This document shows positions 51,185 to 61,230 of a DNA stretch of 64,000 nucleotides, one piece after another. The stretch comes from an uncultured Hyphomicrobiales bacterium (GTDB taxonomy: Bacteria > Bacteroidota > Ignavibacteria > Kapaibacteriales > UBA2268): the NCBI GenBank assembly GCA_964498585.1, contig CAZCHH010000009.1, positions 3,613-67,612 on the forward strand, written 5' to 3'. The notes beneath the pieces were generated by a model. It made no database searches. It was not told the DNA's origin and saw only the letters and a program-made list of their open reading frames with translations. Numbering within the stretch: the stretch's first letter is position 1; the number at the start of each line of letters is the position of its first letter. The position numbers were made by a program, and so were the translations under genes.

Positions 51185-51634
51185 TTACTTTCCTTTTTCA
51201 AAAAAATTTGATATTGATTCTCCAAGGTCATCTAAATTTCTGTTAAATTTCACCTTGAAAGCTTCCCACTTGGCTTTATCAGTTTGTCTGTTTTCAGCCA
51301 GATTCTTTTTTGAATCGCTAATTTTCTTTTCTAAATCAGCTAATATTTTCTGATATTCTGATTTATTTTGGTTTTTCTCATTAGCAATTTTTATTTTCAA
51401 TTCAGCAATACTTTTCTCGTAATTACTGATCCTAAGTTCAGATTCCTTTTTGAATTTCTGGTATTCCTCGACTGAATCCTGAATCGCTTCGTCTAATTCC
51501 TGTTTAGCTTCAACCACATTTTCAATTGATTTCTGCACATTCTCCTCGGCATCTTCAACTTTGTTATTGCAGCTGAGTATGGATAAGCTTGCAATTAAAG
51601 CTGCTACTGCTATGATTATAATCTGTTTTCTCAT
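51185..51634 (-). CDS. Coiled-coil lipoprotein.
   Basis: Lipobox ILSCNN. 149 aa. Confidence 0.4.
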   Translation of the reverse strand: MRKQIIIIAVAALIASLSILSCNNKVEDAEENVQKSIENVVEAKQELDEAIQDSVEEYQKFKKESELRISNYEKSIAELKIKIANEKNQNKSEYQKILADLEKKISDSKKNLAENRQTDKAKWEAFKVKFNRNLDDLGESISNFFEKGK

Positions 51635-51662
51635 ATAGAGTTCTCCTAAAATTAAAAAATCT

Positions 51663-51887
51663 TTATATTATTTTAATAAACTTGTGCATTCTTTTTTTTG
51701 TTTTGCCTATTACATCACCGATTTTGGTGTTAATTTTTTCTAACAAACCATCATCATTTTCTTCTTCAAATACAATATCTGTATCTATCATTTCAGAATA
51801 TTTTTCTTTCAGCTTGTTTTTCTTTTCTTCCCATAATTCTTTGTTTATAGGAGTGCCTTTTTCTTTTTTAAGAATTGTTGTTGTCAT
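51663..51887 (-). CDS. CsbD-like small stress protein, paralog 1.
   Basis: 74 aa. ...LWEEKKNKLKEKYSEMIDTDIVFEEENDDGLLEKINTKIGDVIGKTK resembles CsbD. GGAG ribosome-binding site. Confidence 0.5.
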   Translation of the reverse strand: MTTTILKKEKGTPINKELWEEKKNKLKEKYSEMIDTDIVFEEENDDGLLEKINTKIGDVIGKTKKRMHKFIKII

Positions 51888-51900
51888 TTTGACTCCGTGG

Positions 51901-51935
51901 TATATTTTAAAATTTCAAAAAACAATATAAGCAAA
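51901..51935 (-). promoter_or_regulatory. Conserved palindromic upstream element of CsbD-like paralog 1.
   Basis: tatattttaaaatttcaaaaaacaatataagcaaag. Nearly identical to 55141-55178. Confidence 0.45.
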
Positions 51936-52068
51936 GACGAATCAATAATTGTTATATAATTAAATATATTATTCATATAATTTACATATTTATTGAGTTA
52001 TTTTTAATTAGTCATAATATTCTGTATAAATATTTATTAAGATGAGTCTTAATAATTCAATTTTGTCG

Positions 52069-52496
52069 GTCATTCTGAACCCCCCGAAAAAATGAGAATT
52101 TTTTTTAAATGGAGATGACATAAATCAATAAAGCATTATGTTAAATTGAACAAGAGAAATCCCCCCTACCCCCCTTTTTCAAAGGGGGGTATGAAGGATT
52201 TCTTAGTGCTGTTCTGTATTCCATTGATTTCCCCAAAAAGATGTCATTGGCAACTCCCCAATATAAAGAAAAGCTTTATTTAAATGGAGATGACATAAAT
52301 TTACACTGTCATTCTGACATCCGCCAGAATGACATCGCTATTTATATGAACCAAAACTTTACGAAAGTTAAAAAACTTTCGCAAACTAAGAAGAACTAAA
52401 TACTTTCGTAAAGTTTCTTAACTTTGCGAAAGTTTAATTTATGTCATTTCTATTTAAACATAAATTCTCATTTTTCTAAGGGGGGTTCAAAATGAC
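52069..52496. mobile_element. Composite element bounded by inverted A-variant copies (52069-52121 forward; 52441-52496 reverse).
   Basis: Both end copies share the private insertion ccccccgaaaaaatgagaatt. The interior carries a C/G-tract palindrome, an A copy, a mini-D and the family-F hairpin aactttcgcaaagtt. Confidence 0.55.
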
Positions 52497-52545
52497 AGAT
52501 TACAAAAAGTCATTTAAACAAATTACAATACTATACAGCTGAACT

Positions 52546-52591
52546 CTTAATAATTAACAATTAATAATTAACAATTAACAATTAACAATTA
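52546..52591. repeat. Heptameric tandem array (TAACAAT)n ending on the stop codon of the histidine kinase gene.
   Basis: Reads cttaataattaacaattaataattaacaattaacaattaacaatt. Confidence 0.6.
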
Positions 52592-54874
52592 ATTCAAATA
52601 TTTGCTTATTATTTCATACACTTTTTTCTTAACGAGTGGTTTGATTAAATAGTCATCGCATCCTATAGATAGTATAGTATTTCTTTCTTCGCTAAAGGCA
52701 TAAGCGGTTTGAGCAATTATTGGTAAATCCGGTCTAATCTTTTTAATTATCTTTGTTGCTTCGATTCCATCCATAACCGGCATTCTGATATCCATTAAAA
52801 TCAAGTCGATGTCTGGAATATTTTTAACAATTTCTACTGCCTGCTCTCCATTAATAGCATGAATAACATTGATACCTGATTCACCTAAAAGCCGAATAAG
52901 ATACTGCGTGCTTATCCAATCATCTTCAGCAACAAGAACTGTCCCTTTCGTTCCCTTGACTGTTTTACCTGTATCTTCACTCACCGGTTCAAAATATTGA
53001 GCAATAGGAATATATGGGATAGAAAAATAAAATGTTGAACCAACATTTAATTCGGATTCCACCCAAATCTTTCCACCAATAAGTTCAACAAGTCCCTTGC
53101 AAATTGCGAGTCCGAGACCAGCTCCTTCAAACCCTCTTGATATACTCAAGTCAGCTTGTGTGAACTTATCGAAAATTTTCTCGTGAAATTCTGGAGTTAT
53201 TCCAATTCCAGTATCTTTTACGTAGAACTGAACAATTTCACCTTTGATTTCATAACCAAAATCAATACTCCCAGACATTGTAAATTTTATTGCATTATTG
53301 ATTAAGTTTGTCAATATCTGAAACAGCTTGGATTCGTCTGAATAAATTAATTCATTTGTATCATCGGTGCAATGGTAGTTTAATGTAATATTTTTTGTTC
53401 GTGCAAAAGGAGAGAAAAATGTAAGTAAATCTGAAAATATCGAATTAATACTAATAGTTTTTTGTTCTAATTTAAACTGTCCTGTTTGAATTTTAGAAAT
53501 ATCAAGTATATTGTTTACAATTTCAATTAGCCGTTTTCCACTTTGGGAAATCATAGCTGTAAATTCTTTAATATCATCTTTGCTTAAGTCATCTGCATTT
53601 AATAAAGTAGAAAAACCAATAATTCCATTTAAAGGAGTTCGTATTTCATGAGACATATTTTGCAAGAAAGCTGTTTTTAACTTATCACTTTCTTCTGCTT
53701 TCATTTTTGTAAGCATCAATTCTTGTTCAGCTATCTTTCTGTCTGTAATATCAAAGCAATGTCCGATATAACCAACAAATTCACCTTTGCTGTTATAATT
53801 CGGTGTTCCTAAATCATTAATCCAGCGATATTCTCCATTTGCATTTTTTAATCGGTATTCCATTTCAAATGTATCCCGTTTATAGAAAGCAGATATATAA
53901 ATTTTTAAGCAATTATCCAAATCATCAGGATGAACCCCATCAGTCCAGCCATTACCCATTTCCTGCTCAATAGTTTTTCCAGTAAAACTAAGCCATGCCT
54001 TGTTGAAATAATTACATAGCTTATCTGTTCCGGAAGTCCAAATTAGCGCAAGACCGGAATCGGCAAGCATTTTGTATTGCACCTCTTTTTCGCAAAGTTC
54101 ATTTTCTGCCCGTTTCCGTGCTGTTATATCGCGAATATTACATTGAATCACGTTTTGATGGTCAACTTTATATACATTGCTTACAAATTCAACATTAATT
54201 TTGCGTCCATTAGAAGTTTCTAATGGCAAATCATCATAACGAACATAATTATTCTCTTTTAATTCCAAAAACTTTTCCTGGTTAGATATGATATCCCTAA
54301 ATAATCCAATATCCCAGATTTTCTTTTCTACGAACTGTTCATAAGAATAGCCGAGCAATTCAATCAGGAAAGGATTAATATCAACAATTTTCCCTGTTTC
54401 TGCATCTAAAATAATAATTCCGTCTTTAGTTGACTCAAATAGGCGCCGGTATCTTGCTTCAGAATCAAAAAGTGCATCATTAATAATTTTTTGTTCGGTT
54501 ATATCCCGTAATACAATGAAAAATATTATTTCATCATCTATAATTCTTTTACTAATGCTTACTTCGACTGGAAACATTTTACCACTTTTGTGAACTCCGT
54601 TCAGTTCTAAACCTTTGCTCATCTTTAGAGTATTTTCAATTGAATTTTGAAAATTTTTTACATTCTCACGATGCTTTTCTTTTACTAAAGGAGGAATAAG
54701 AATATCAAGCTGCCTGCCGATGACTTCATCGCATTTATAACCAAATATTCTTACCGCTCCCTGATTGAAGAAAATTATATTATATTTTCCATCAATCGCT
54801 ATAAATGCGATTTGGTCAATATTTTCAACACTGGATAACAGTGCTTCGCTTGTTATATAATTTTTCTTTTCCAT
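52589..54874 (-). CDS. Hybrid sensor histidine kinase (PAS x3, HisKA, HATPase_c, receiver).
   Basis: H-box SHEIRTPLN. G-boxes DTGIGI and GLGLAICK. C-terminal receiver with the conserved Asp (LILMDIRMP). Confidence 0.85.
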   Translation of the reverse strand: MEKKNYITSEALLSSVENIDQIAFIAIDGKYNIIFFNQGAVRIFGYKCDEVIGRQLDILIPPLVKEKHRENVKNFQNSIENTLKMSKGLELNGVHKSGKMFPVEVSISKRIIDDEIIFFIVLRDITEQKIINDALFDSEARYRRLFESTKDGIIILDAETGKIVDINPFLIELLGYSYEQFVEKKIWDIGLFRDIISNQEKFLELKENNYVRYDDLPLETSNGRKINVEFVSNVYKVDHQNVIQCNIRDITARKRAENELCEKEVQYKMLADSGLALIWTSGTDKLCNYFNKAWLSFTGKTIEQEMGNGWTDGVHPDDLDNCLKIYISAFYKRDTFEMEYRLKNANGEYRWINDLGTPNYNSKGEFVGYIGHCFDITDRKIAEQELMLTKMKAEESDKLKTAFLQNMSHEIRTPLNGIIGFSTLLNADDLSKDDIKEFTAMISQSGKRLIEIVNNILDISKIQTGQFKLEQKTISINSIFSDLLTFFSPFARTKNITLNYHCTDDTNELIYSDESKLFQILTNLINNAIKFTMSGSIDFGYEIKGEIVQFYVKDTGIGITPEFHEKIFDKFTQADLSISRGFEGAGLGLAICKGLVELIGGKIWVESELNVGSTFYFSIPYIPIAQYFEPVSEDTGKTVKGTKGTVLVAEDDWISTQYLIRLLGESGINVIHAINGEQAVEIVKNIPDIDLILMDIRMPVMDGIEATKIIKKIRPDLPIIAQTAYAFSEERNTILSIGCDDYLIKPLVKKKVYEIISKYLN

Positions 54875-54904
54875 AAAACCCGAATTATAATTCTACATTC
54901 TTAA

Positions 54905-55129
54905 TTATATCGCTTCGATGAACTTATGCAATCCATCTTTGGTTTTGCCTATTACATCACCAATTTTTGAATTGATTCTTTCCATCAGGCCATCTTCCTG
55001 ACCATCTTTAAATTCCAAGTCAGTATCCGATAATTGAGGGAATTTCTCCTTAAGTTTACTCTTTTTTTCATCCCATAATTTTTTGTTAAACGTTAAGGAT
55101 TTTTTGGGGTTTTTGTAAGCCGTTTTCAT
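54905..55129 (-). CDS. CsbD-like small stress protein, paralog 2.
   Basis: Start trimmed to MKTAYKN (GGAGG ribosome-binding site). About 55% identical to 51663-51887. Confidence 0.5.
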   Translation of the reverse strand: MKTAYKNPKKSLTFNKKLWDEKKSKLKEKFPQLSDTDLEFKDGQEDGLMERINSKIGDVIGKTKDGLHKFIEAI

Positions 55130-55140
55130 AATGCCTCCGA

Positions 55141-55178
55141 TATATTGTTTTAAAATTTCAAAAAACAATATAAGCAAA
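55141..55178 (-). promoter_or_regulatory. Conserved palindromic upstream element of CsbD-like paralog 2.
   Basis: tatattgttttaaaatttcaaaaaacaatataagcaaaag (inverted repeat atattgtttt N8 aaaacaatat). Confidence 0.45.
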
Positions 55179-55394
55179 AGGATAGAGGTATGAGTTACAT
55201 AATTAGTAAAACTTTTCATATAATTTACTGATTTTATTGGTATTTCCGAATTAGTGCCAGTGCATAATCTTTATATACATATACGCAATGAGTAACTAAA
55301 AATCAAATAATTTTGGAAATTAAATTCTCTGGAAAGTTGGGAAACTTTGGGAAAGAAATAAAAAAACTATACCAAATAGCTAATAAACTGAATA

Positions 55395-55522
55395 ATTCAT
55401 CCGATGACTTCCCAGTCATCAGATGAATAGATTCAGACAAAGCGTGGCAGTCATACTATCAACAAGTTGATAGCATGACTTCTATCTTGTCATGCTATCA
55501 TTTCCCAATGATAGTATGACTG
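55395..55522. repeat. Three family-G hairpins with gtcat...atgac ends.
   Basis: attcatccgatgact/agtcatcagatgaat; gtcatactatcaac-aa-gttgatagcatgac; gtcatgctatcat...atgatagtatgac. Confidence 0.55.
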
Positions 55523-55618
55523 AATGGATTGATTAAGAAATGATTAGAAAGGAAATTATAAAGGGAAATATATTATGGTAGCAAGAATTTATTAGAAAAA
55601 AGGTATATGGAAGGGATT

Positions 55619-56179
55619 TTATAGGTTATTAATTCCTTTGCGTCTTTTTACACTCAAATTTTTGAAAAAAGTTGGGGTTAGTCCAGTTACTTTTTTAAAT
55701 TGGAATGATAAGTGCTGCACACTGCTATAATGCAACTTCCAGGCAATTTCAGAAAGATTTAGTTCATTATAAACCAATAATTCTTTTACCCGTTCAATTT
55801 TCTGATGAATAATGAAATGCTCTATAGTAGTGCCATGGACTTCTGAGAACAGATTGGAAAGATATTTATAATCATATTGCAATTGCTCGCTAATAAAATC
55901 TGAAAAATTTATATTTAATTCTTCCTCAGAATAATGAATTTGTTCAATTATAATGTTTTTGATTTTTTCAATTAGCATTGCACGTTTATCAGCAATAAGT
56001 TCCAAGCCGAATTTCTTCAATGACTTATCTATTTCTTCAAATTGTTCATTTGAAAAACTATCAATAATATCAACTTCACCTAAAACCAAATTTGAATAAC
56101 GTAATCCCAGCTTTTCCAAAACATCTTTAACTACTAACTTGCATCGAATACATACCATATTTTTTATATATAGCTTCAT
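55619..56179 (-). CDS. AraC-family transcriptional regulator with an N-terminal heavy-metal-associated (HMA, MxCxxC) domain.
   Basis: N-terminus MKLYIKNMVCIRCKLVVKDVLEKLGL (HMA-like). C-terminal AraC helix-turn-helix (...IAWKLHYSSVQHLSFQFKKVTGLTP). Confidence 0.6.
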   Translation of the reverse strand: MKLYIKNMVCIRCKLVVKDVLEKLGLRYSNLVLGEVDIIDSFSNEQFEEIDKSLKKFGLELIADKRAMLIEKIKNIIIEQIHYSEEELNINFSDFISEQLQYDYKYLSNLFSEVHGTTIEHFIIHQKIERVKELLVYNELNLSEIAWKLHYSSVQHLSFQFKKVTGLTPTFFKNLSVKRRKGINNL

Positions 56180-56456
56180 TAATTAAAAATCCTATTGTTG
56201 ATTAATCTTACACATTAAAGAAAATATTTTTTTTAACATTTTAAAATACAAAAATATTTTATATGTTGCAAAATATTACCTTGTCCTATGAGAAAAAAAA
56301 TTCATTAACATTTTCCGTTTAAAAATTCAGAACTTTGGCACCATAAATTTTTTTATTTCGCAGTTTATCAAATGAAAACTCTTATTTTAAAAGTGAATTA
56401 CTAATTCGTTATTAGTAGTTACAAACATATAACTAATGACTAAATACCAATAACCA

Positions 56457-56484
56457 CAATTAGCAATTAATAATTAACAATTAT
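56457..56484. repeat. Heptameric tandem array next to the stop codon of the VWA gene.
   Basis: Reads caattagcaattaataattaacaattat. Confidence 0.5.
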
Positions 56485-57477
56485 TTACGGCACTCTTCTA
56501 AAAACAGTATAGCTCAATATTATTTCAAATGCAATTAGAATGGCTGCAAGAATTGCGAGCGGAAGGAACTCGTCCCGATATTGACTGAAAGTAAGTTCGT
56601 CAATAGCAGTTTTTTCCATTTTGTCAATTTCAGCGTAAACTTCCTTGAGTCCTTTGTTGTTTGTAGCACGGAAGTATTTTCCGCCAGTCATATTTGAAAC
56701 CTGTTTGAGCAAATCTTCATCAATTTGCACTTCAATATTTTGGTATTGGATACCAAAAGGCGTTTTAAATGGATAAGGAGCCATACCGCGAGTACCAACG
56801 CCGATAGAATACACTTTCATTTTAAAAGATTTTGCAATTTCAGCAGCAGTCATAGGTGCAATGTAGCCAGTATTGTTTACTCCATCAGTAATTAGAATAA
56901 TCACTTTGCTTTTCGCGGTGCTGTTCATCAGCCGGTTGACAGCAGTTGCAAGCCCAAGCCCTATTGCAGTTCCGTCCTCAACCATATTTGTTTTTATGCC
57001 TTCAAATAAATTTTTGAGAGTGCTGTGGTCAGTAGTTAAAGGGCATTGAGTAAAACTTTCCCCTGCAAATACAACAAGACCAATCCTGTCATTCTGGCGG
57101 TTGTCAATGAACTCAATTGCAGTTTTCTTTGCAGCTTCAAGGCGGTTTGGAGAAAAATCCTTTGCTTCCATTGATGTAGAAATATCAAGGGCAACCACAA
57201 TGTCGATGCCCTCTGTTTTCACTTCTTTGTGGCTCAAAGTGGATTGTGGGCGTGCAAGAATGACGATAATCGTTGCAATAAGCAAAATCCTTAAAACAAA
57301 AAGTATATGCCTGAAAATTTGCTTAGCAGATGTTTTGGTTTGAATTAGCGGCTCTATTGTCGAAACCTGTAATTTCGGCTTTTGCTTCTTTTCCCGGAAA
57401 ACATACCAGGCAATCAAAAAAGGAATAATTATCAAAAAATAAAAATAGCCCGGCGATACAAAAATTATGTGTTCCAC
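56485..57477 (-). CDS. von Willebrand factor A-domain membrane protein (BatA-like).
   Basis: N-terminal transmembrane segments. MIDAS-like motif DISTSM...T...DG. C-terminal transmembrane segment. Confidence 0.7.
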   Translation of the reverse strand: MEHIIFVSPGYFYFLIIIPFLIAWYVFREKKQKPKLQVSTIEPLIQTKTSAKQIFRHILFVLRILLIATIIVILARPQSTLSHKEVKTEGIDIVVALDISTSMEAKDFSPNRLEAAKKTAIEFIDNRQNDRIGLVVFAGESFTQCPLTTDHSTLKNLFEGIKTNMVEDGTAIGLGLATAVNRLMNSTAKSKVIILITDGVNNTGYIAPMTAAEIAKSFKMKVYSIGVGTRGMAPYPFKTPFGIQYQNIEVQIDEDLLKQVSNMTGGKYFRATNNKGLKEVYAEIDKMEKTAIDELTFSQYRDEFLPLAILAAILIAFEIILSYTVFRRVP

Positions 57478-57480
57478 TTC

Positions 57481-58455
57481 CTACTCTCCTTTCCCATTGC
57501 TTTGCTGACGAAGTTTCAATTCATTTGCGATGTTTTCCACAATTTGAAAAGCATCAGAAAGACATCTTGCATTTTCGTCCGGAAGAGGAAGCGATTTAGC
57601 GAATTTTACCAAATCAGCTAATCTTAAAATGAATTCGAGTAATGCTATGTTGTTATGAGCAATGCTGCCTTTTTGTATTGAATCAAGAATTTCATCAGTT
57701 GTCATCTCAAGTGCCTGAAAATCAAGCTGCCTTTGGAGGTATAACCTTAAAATATCGGTCAATCGAATGTAATACTGCTTGACGAAACCAGATTGCCAAA
57801 GCTTTTCCTTTTCCAATTTTTCAAGTTCAGTTCTGGCAAAAACATCAGCCGGTATTTTTGGGTCATATTGATATTTGGGTTTTGCAGCTCGCTGTCTGTA
57901 TCTTTTCAGGAAAAACCATGCGGCTACGAAAATTAAAATGAATACCAGCCCAGCTATTATGTAACCAATATATTCATCAAAAGTAATTGGCTCGTCAATC
58001 GGACCTTTTATATCTTTAATTGCAAGAGATGTATCTACTTCAACTGTATGAAAATAAAGGAAGATGCTATCGGTTGCAGCGGGAAAAAGAGTATTAAAAC
58101 CGGGCTTTTCATACATAAAAACAAATGGTGGAATAACATAAGCACCACTATCGAAGCAGGTTACTTCAATTTTCTGCGAAAAGCGATATTTATTGCCATC
58201 TGTTATGGTATCTATTGAAGATTTATGCAGCACTTCAATTGCACCGATTGTATCCGGAATTACCGGCATTTCTACGTTCAACTTCTTATTACATTCAAGT
58301 TCTAACAATAACTTTATTCTATCGCCGATTAAAACGTTGTTGGTGTCATTGCTTAGCTTCGGAGTAACAATAATGTCTTCGGCTTGAAGCTTATAATAGC
58401 TTGATAATATAATAATTAGTAAAATAATTTTGATATTCTTCATACTGTTTTCCAA
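57481..58455 (-). CDS. Membrane protein, BatD/DUF4381-like.
   Basis: Signal peptide, mid-protein transmembrane helix. Gene order follows the BatA-like gene. Confidence 0.35.
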   Translation of the reverse strand: MENSMKNIKIILLIIILSSYYKLQAEDIIVTPKLSNDTNNVLIGDRIKLLLELECNKKLNVEMPVIPDTIGAIEVLHKSSIDTITDGNKYRFSQKIEVTCFDSGAYVIPPFVFMYEKPGFNTLFPAATDSIFLYFHTVEVDTSLAIKDIKGPIDEPITFDEYIGYIIAGLVFILIFVAAWFFLKRYRQRAAKPKYQYDPKIPADVFARTELEKLEKEKLWQSGFVKQYYIRLTDILRLYLQRQLDFQALEMTTDEILDSIQKGSIAHNNIALLEFILRLADLVKFAKSLPLPDENARCLSDAFQIVENIANELKLRQQSNGKGE

Positions 58456-58642
58456 TGTATTATTTCATATTATCTTAAACAAATAATATTGAAGTAAGTA
58501 TTATTATACTTTCAAAATTAAGAAAAATCAATAAGAATGCAAAGCTAATTGAAAATCATCTAGAAGGTATGTAATAAAAAATTTTTTTAAAAATATAGTT
58601 TTTGTAAATTTGATTTTATTTTTAATATTTTAGAGAGATATT

Positions 58643-59359
58643 ATGAAAAATTTATTAACAATACTTATCATTATGACTTTTTGTCTAATTAGCAGTTGCT
58701 CAGATTCAAACGACCCGAGTAACAAAGCAACATTAAACATAAAATCTGAATTGACACAAGGCACAGTTCAATTAACAGATTTAGTAAATAAAGAAATTTC
58801 AGTTTTAAAAACTGAAGTAGATTCAGTAAGAATCAATAAAGTAAGAATACTACTTTCAAGAATAAAATTACATTTAAAAAATAATAGTAATGAAAATGAT
58901 GATAAAGCTTTCCATACAGGTCCCTTTATCTTTGTTGGGGATTCAACAGATTCCTATTTCGATTTAGCAAATGGACAAATTGATGCCGGCACTTATGAAA
59001 AAATCAAATTTGAAATTCATCGCTTCGAACCAAACGAATTATCTCAATATAAAAATAACCAAACTTTTAAAGATTTTGCTACAGATAATCGCTATACTAC
59101 AATCTTTGAAGGAATTGCCTATAAAAACGGAGAAGCTTACCCATTTATCTACGATGGAACAGTAACTGCCAATTTGTCTTTAGATTTTGAAACTCCTATT
59201 GTCCTGCAGGAAAATATTACAACAAATATATATTTTCAAATCAATCCTTTTAATTTATTGAAATCGGGCGGTTCTATTCTTGACCCAAGAGATGAAGAAA
59301 ACAGAAATAATATTGATAATTTAATCAAATCTGCTATTAAAGCAGTAAAAAAGAATTAA
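58643..59359 (+). CDS. Lipoprotein of unknown function, paralog of 39224-39934.
   Basis: Lipobox LISSCSDS. Shared blocks GPFIF...YEKIKFEIHRFEP..LSQY...FKDFAT.NRY. Confidence 0.5.
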   Translation: MKNLLTILIIMTFCLISSCSDSNDPSNKATLNIKSELTQGTVQLTDLVNKEISVLKTEVDSVRINKVRILLSRIKLHLKNNSNENDDKAFHTGPFIFVGDSTDSYFDLANGQIDAGTYEKIKFEIHRFEPNELSQYKNNQTFKDFATDNRYTTIFEGIAYKNGEAYPFIYDGTVTANLSLDFETPIVLQENITTNIYFQINPFNLLKSGGSILDPRDEENRNNIDNLIKSAIKAVKKN

Positions 59360-59417
59360 AGTTGATTTGCGGAATGTATGAATTTTTTTATTTTCACAAA
59401 TAGATATCATTAGCTAC

Positions 59418-59705
59418 TTAATGAAGAATCTCATAAGTCATTGCTAATACAGAATTCGAGATTCTTCGCTCAGTTTCTAAAAAACCACTTCGGTTTTTTT
59501 TAACACATGACTGTTTAGATTACAATATATTTCAAGAGATATATCAACCATCGGGTTAATCCGATGGTTGATTATTCTTAACAATGGATTAGTATGATTT
59601 TGTTCATTTTCACAAAAGAAAACTTAATCGTTTATATTCGACTCAGATTAACTGTGTAAAATTATATCATCTCTATTTATATTAAGCATTTGCTTTATCT
59701 GTGCG
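59418..59705. repeat. Degenerate hairpin cluster: a C-like hairpin, the palindrome caaccatcgggttaatccgatggttg, and a reversed A fragment.
   Basis: tgaagaatctca...gagattcttcg at 59418-59470. Same palindrome as 11440-11470. Confidence 0.5.
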
Positions 59706-59871
59706 CCAAGATGATAAAAATGCGAAATAAATTACTACGTAGGTTCTGGAACTCTATTGCAGAAAAATCATATATCCTTAATTATATTGAACTTAATTTG
59801 GAACTTTACATAATATTTTGTATATTTGTATGAAATATCGTTTTGTCCAATATAAAAAAGGAGTAGTAATT

Positions 59872-61230
59872 ATGGTTCAAACAGAGCAGAATACTAACCC
59901 AAAAAGAATTTTAATCAACGAGCAAAAAAGCGAAAGATGGGTTGATTGGAAATGGCAAATCAGAAATTCCATTAGAGATATTGGAGCATTTGAGCAGCTA
60001 ACAGGAATAAAATTTTCCAATGAAGAAAAGGAAGATTTAAAAAAAACTCTTGACATTTTCCCATTATCAATTACCCCGTATTATTTATCTTTAATAGATA
60101 AAGAAGATTTTCGAAATGACCCAATTTTTCGACAATCTTTTCCTTCGCCATCAGAACTCATCGTTGAAGATTATGATATGAAAGACCCCCTTTCAGAAGA
60201 AAAGGACAGTCCCTGTCAGGGAATTACACACAGATATCCGGACAGAGTTTTGTTTCATATTAGCAATATATGTTCTATGTATTGCAGGCATTGCACCAGA
60301 AAAAGAAAAGTCGGCGATTCAGATTTCATTCCAGATAAAGAATCTATTCAAATTGGTTTGGATTATATTAAATCCACTCCGGTGGTTCGAGATGTTTTGC
60401 TTTCCGGTGGCGACCCTTTAATGCTTTCTGATAAATATTTAGATTGGATTTTAAATGAATTAAGAAGTATTCCACATGTTGAAATCATAAGAATAGGAAC
60501 GAGAATGCCGGTTGTTCTTCCGTATAGAATTACTCCGGAGCTTATTTCAGTTTTAAAGAAATACCAGCCATTATGGATAAATACGCATTTCAATCATCCA
60601 AGAGAAATTACTGCTGTTTCCAGAAAAGCTGTTAATATGCTTGCCGATGCAGGATTTCCACTTGGGAATCAAAGTGTTTTGCTTGCCGGAATAAATGACT
60701 GCCCACGAATAATGAAAGATTTAGTTCATAAATTAGTAAAAAACAGGATTCGCCCATATTATATTTACCAGTGCGATTTATCTGAGGGCTTAGCTCATTT
60801 CCGAACTCCGATAGGAAAAGGAATTGAGATAATGGAAAGCTTAATCGGTCATACAAGCGGGTTTGCTGTTCCGACTTATGTCGTGGACGCTCCCGGTGGC
60901 GGTGGTAAAATTCCCCTTATGCCTAATTATCTGATTTCCTGGTCAACAAATAAAGTTGTTCTCCGAAATTACGAAGGAGTTATTACTACATACAAAGAGC
61001 CAGATTCGTATGAACCGGTTTTCTGCGACAGGAACTGCAAGGACTGTTCTTTACAATTGAATCTAAGTGAACCAGACGAGCTAAAAATTACTGGTATTTA
61101 TGAACTTCTTTCTGATTATGAAGACAGGTTTACTCTTGTTCCAAGCGGAAATATGAGATTTATTAGAAGAAATGGCTATGATGACGATAACGAAAGCAAC
61201 TTTGATAGTGAAGGAGAGGCAGATGAATAG
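59872..61230 (+). CDS. kamA: Lysine 2,3-aminomutase (radical SAM, PLP-dependent).
   Basis: [11 protein letters not shown] radical-SAM cluster motif and the KamA family signature. Start at ATG 59872 after AAGGAG. Confidence 0.85.
   Translation: MVQTEQNTNPKRILINEQKSERWVDWKWQIRNSIRDIGAFEQLTGIKFSNEEKEDLKKTLDIFPLSITPYYLSLIDKEDFRNDPIFRQSFPSPSELIVEDYDMKDPLSEEKDSPCQGITHRYPDRVLFHISNICSMYCRHCTRKRKVGDSDFIPDKESIQIGLDYIKSTPVVRDVLLSGGDPLMLSDKYLDWILNELRSIPHVEIIRIGTRMPVVLPYRITPELISVLKKYQPLWINTHFNHPREITAVSRKAVNMLADAGFPLGNQSVLLAGINDCPRIMKDLVHKLVKNRIRPYYIYQCDLSEGLAHFRTPIGKGIEIMESLIGHTSGFAVPTYVVDAPGGGGKIPLMPNYLISWSTNKVVLRNYEGVITTYKEPDSYEPVFCDRNCKDCSLQLNLSEPDELKITGIYELLSDYEDRFTLVPSGNMRFIRRNGYDDDNESNFDSEGEADE

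Noticed and set aside
59700-59871. Lysine riboswitch upstream of kamA. Glycine and SAM riboswitches upstream of gcvH and the Cys/Met PLP gene were also considered.
   Set aside because: The upstream regions are short, very AT-rich, and lack the conserved cores of those riboswitch classes as far as can be judged by eye.
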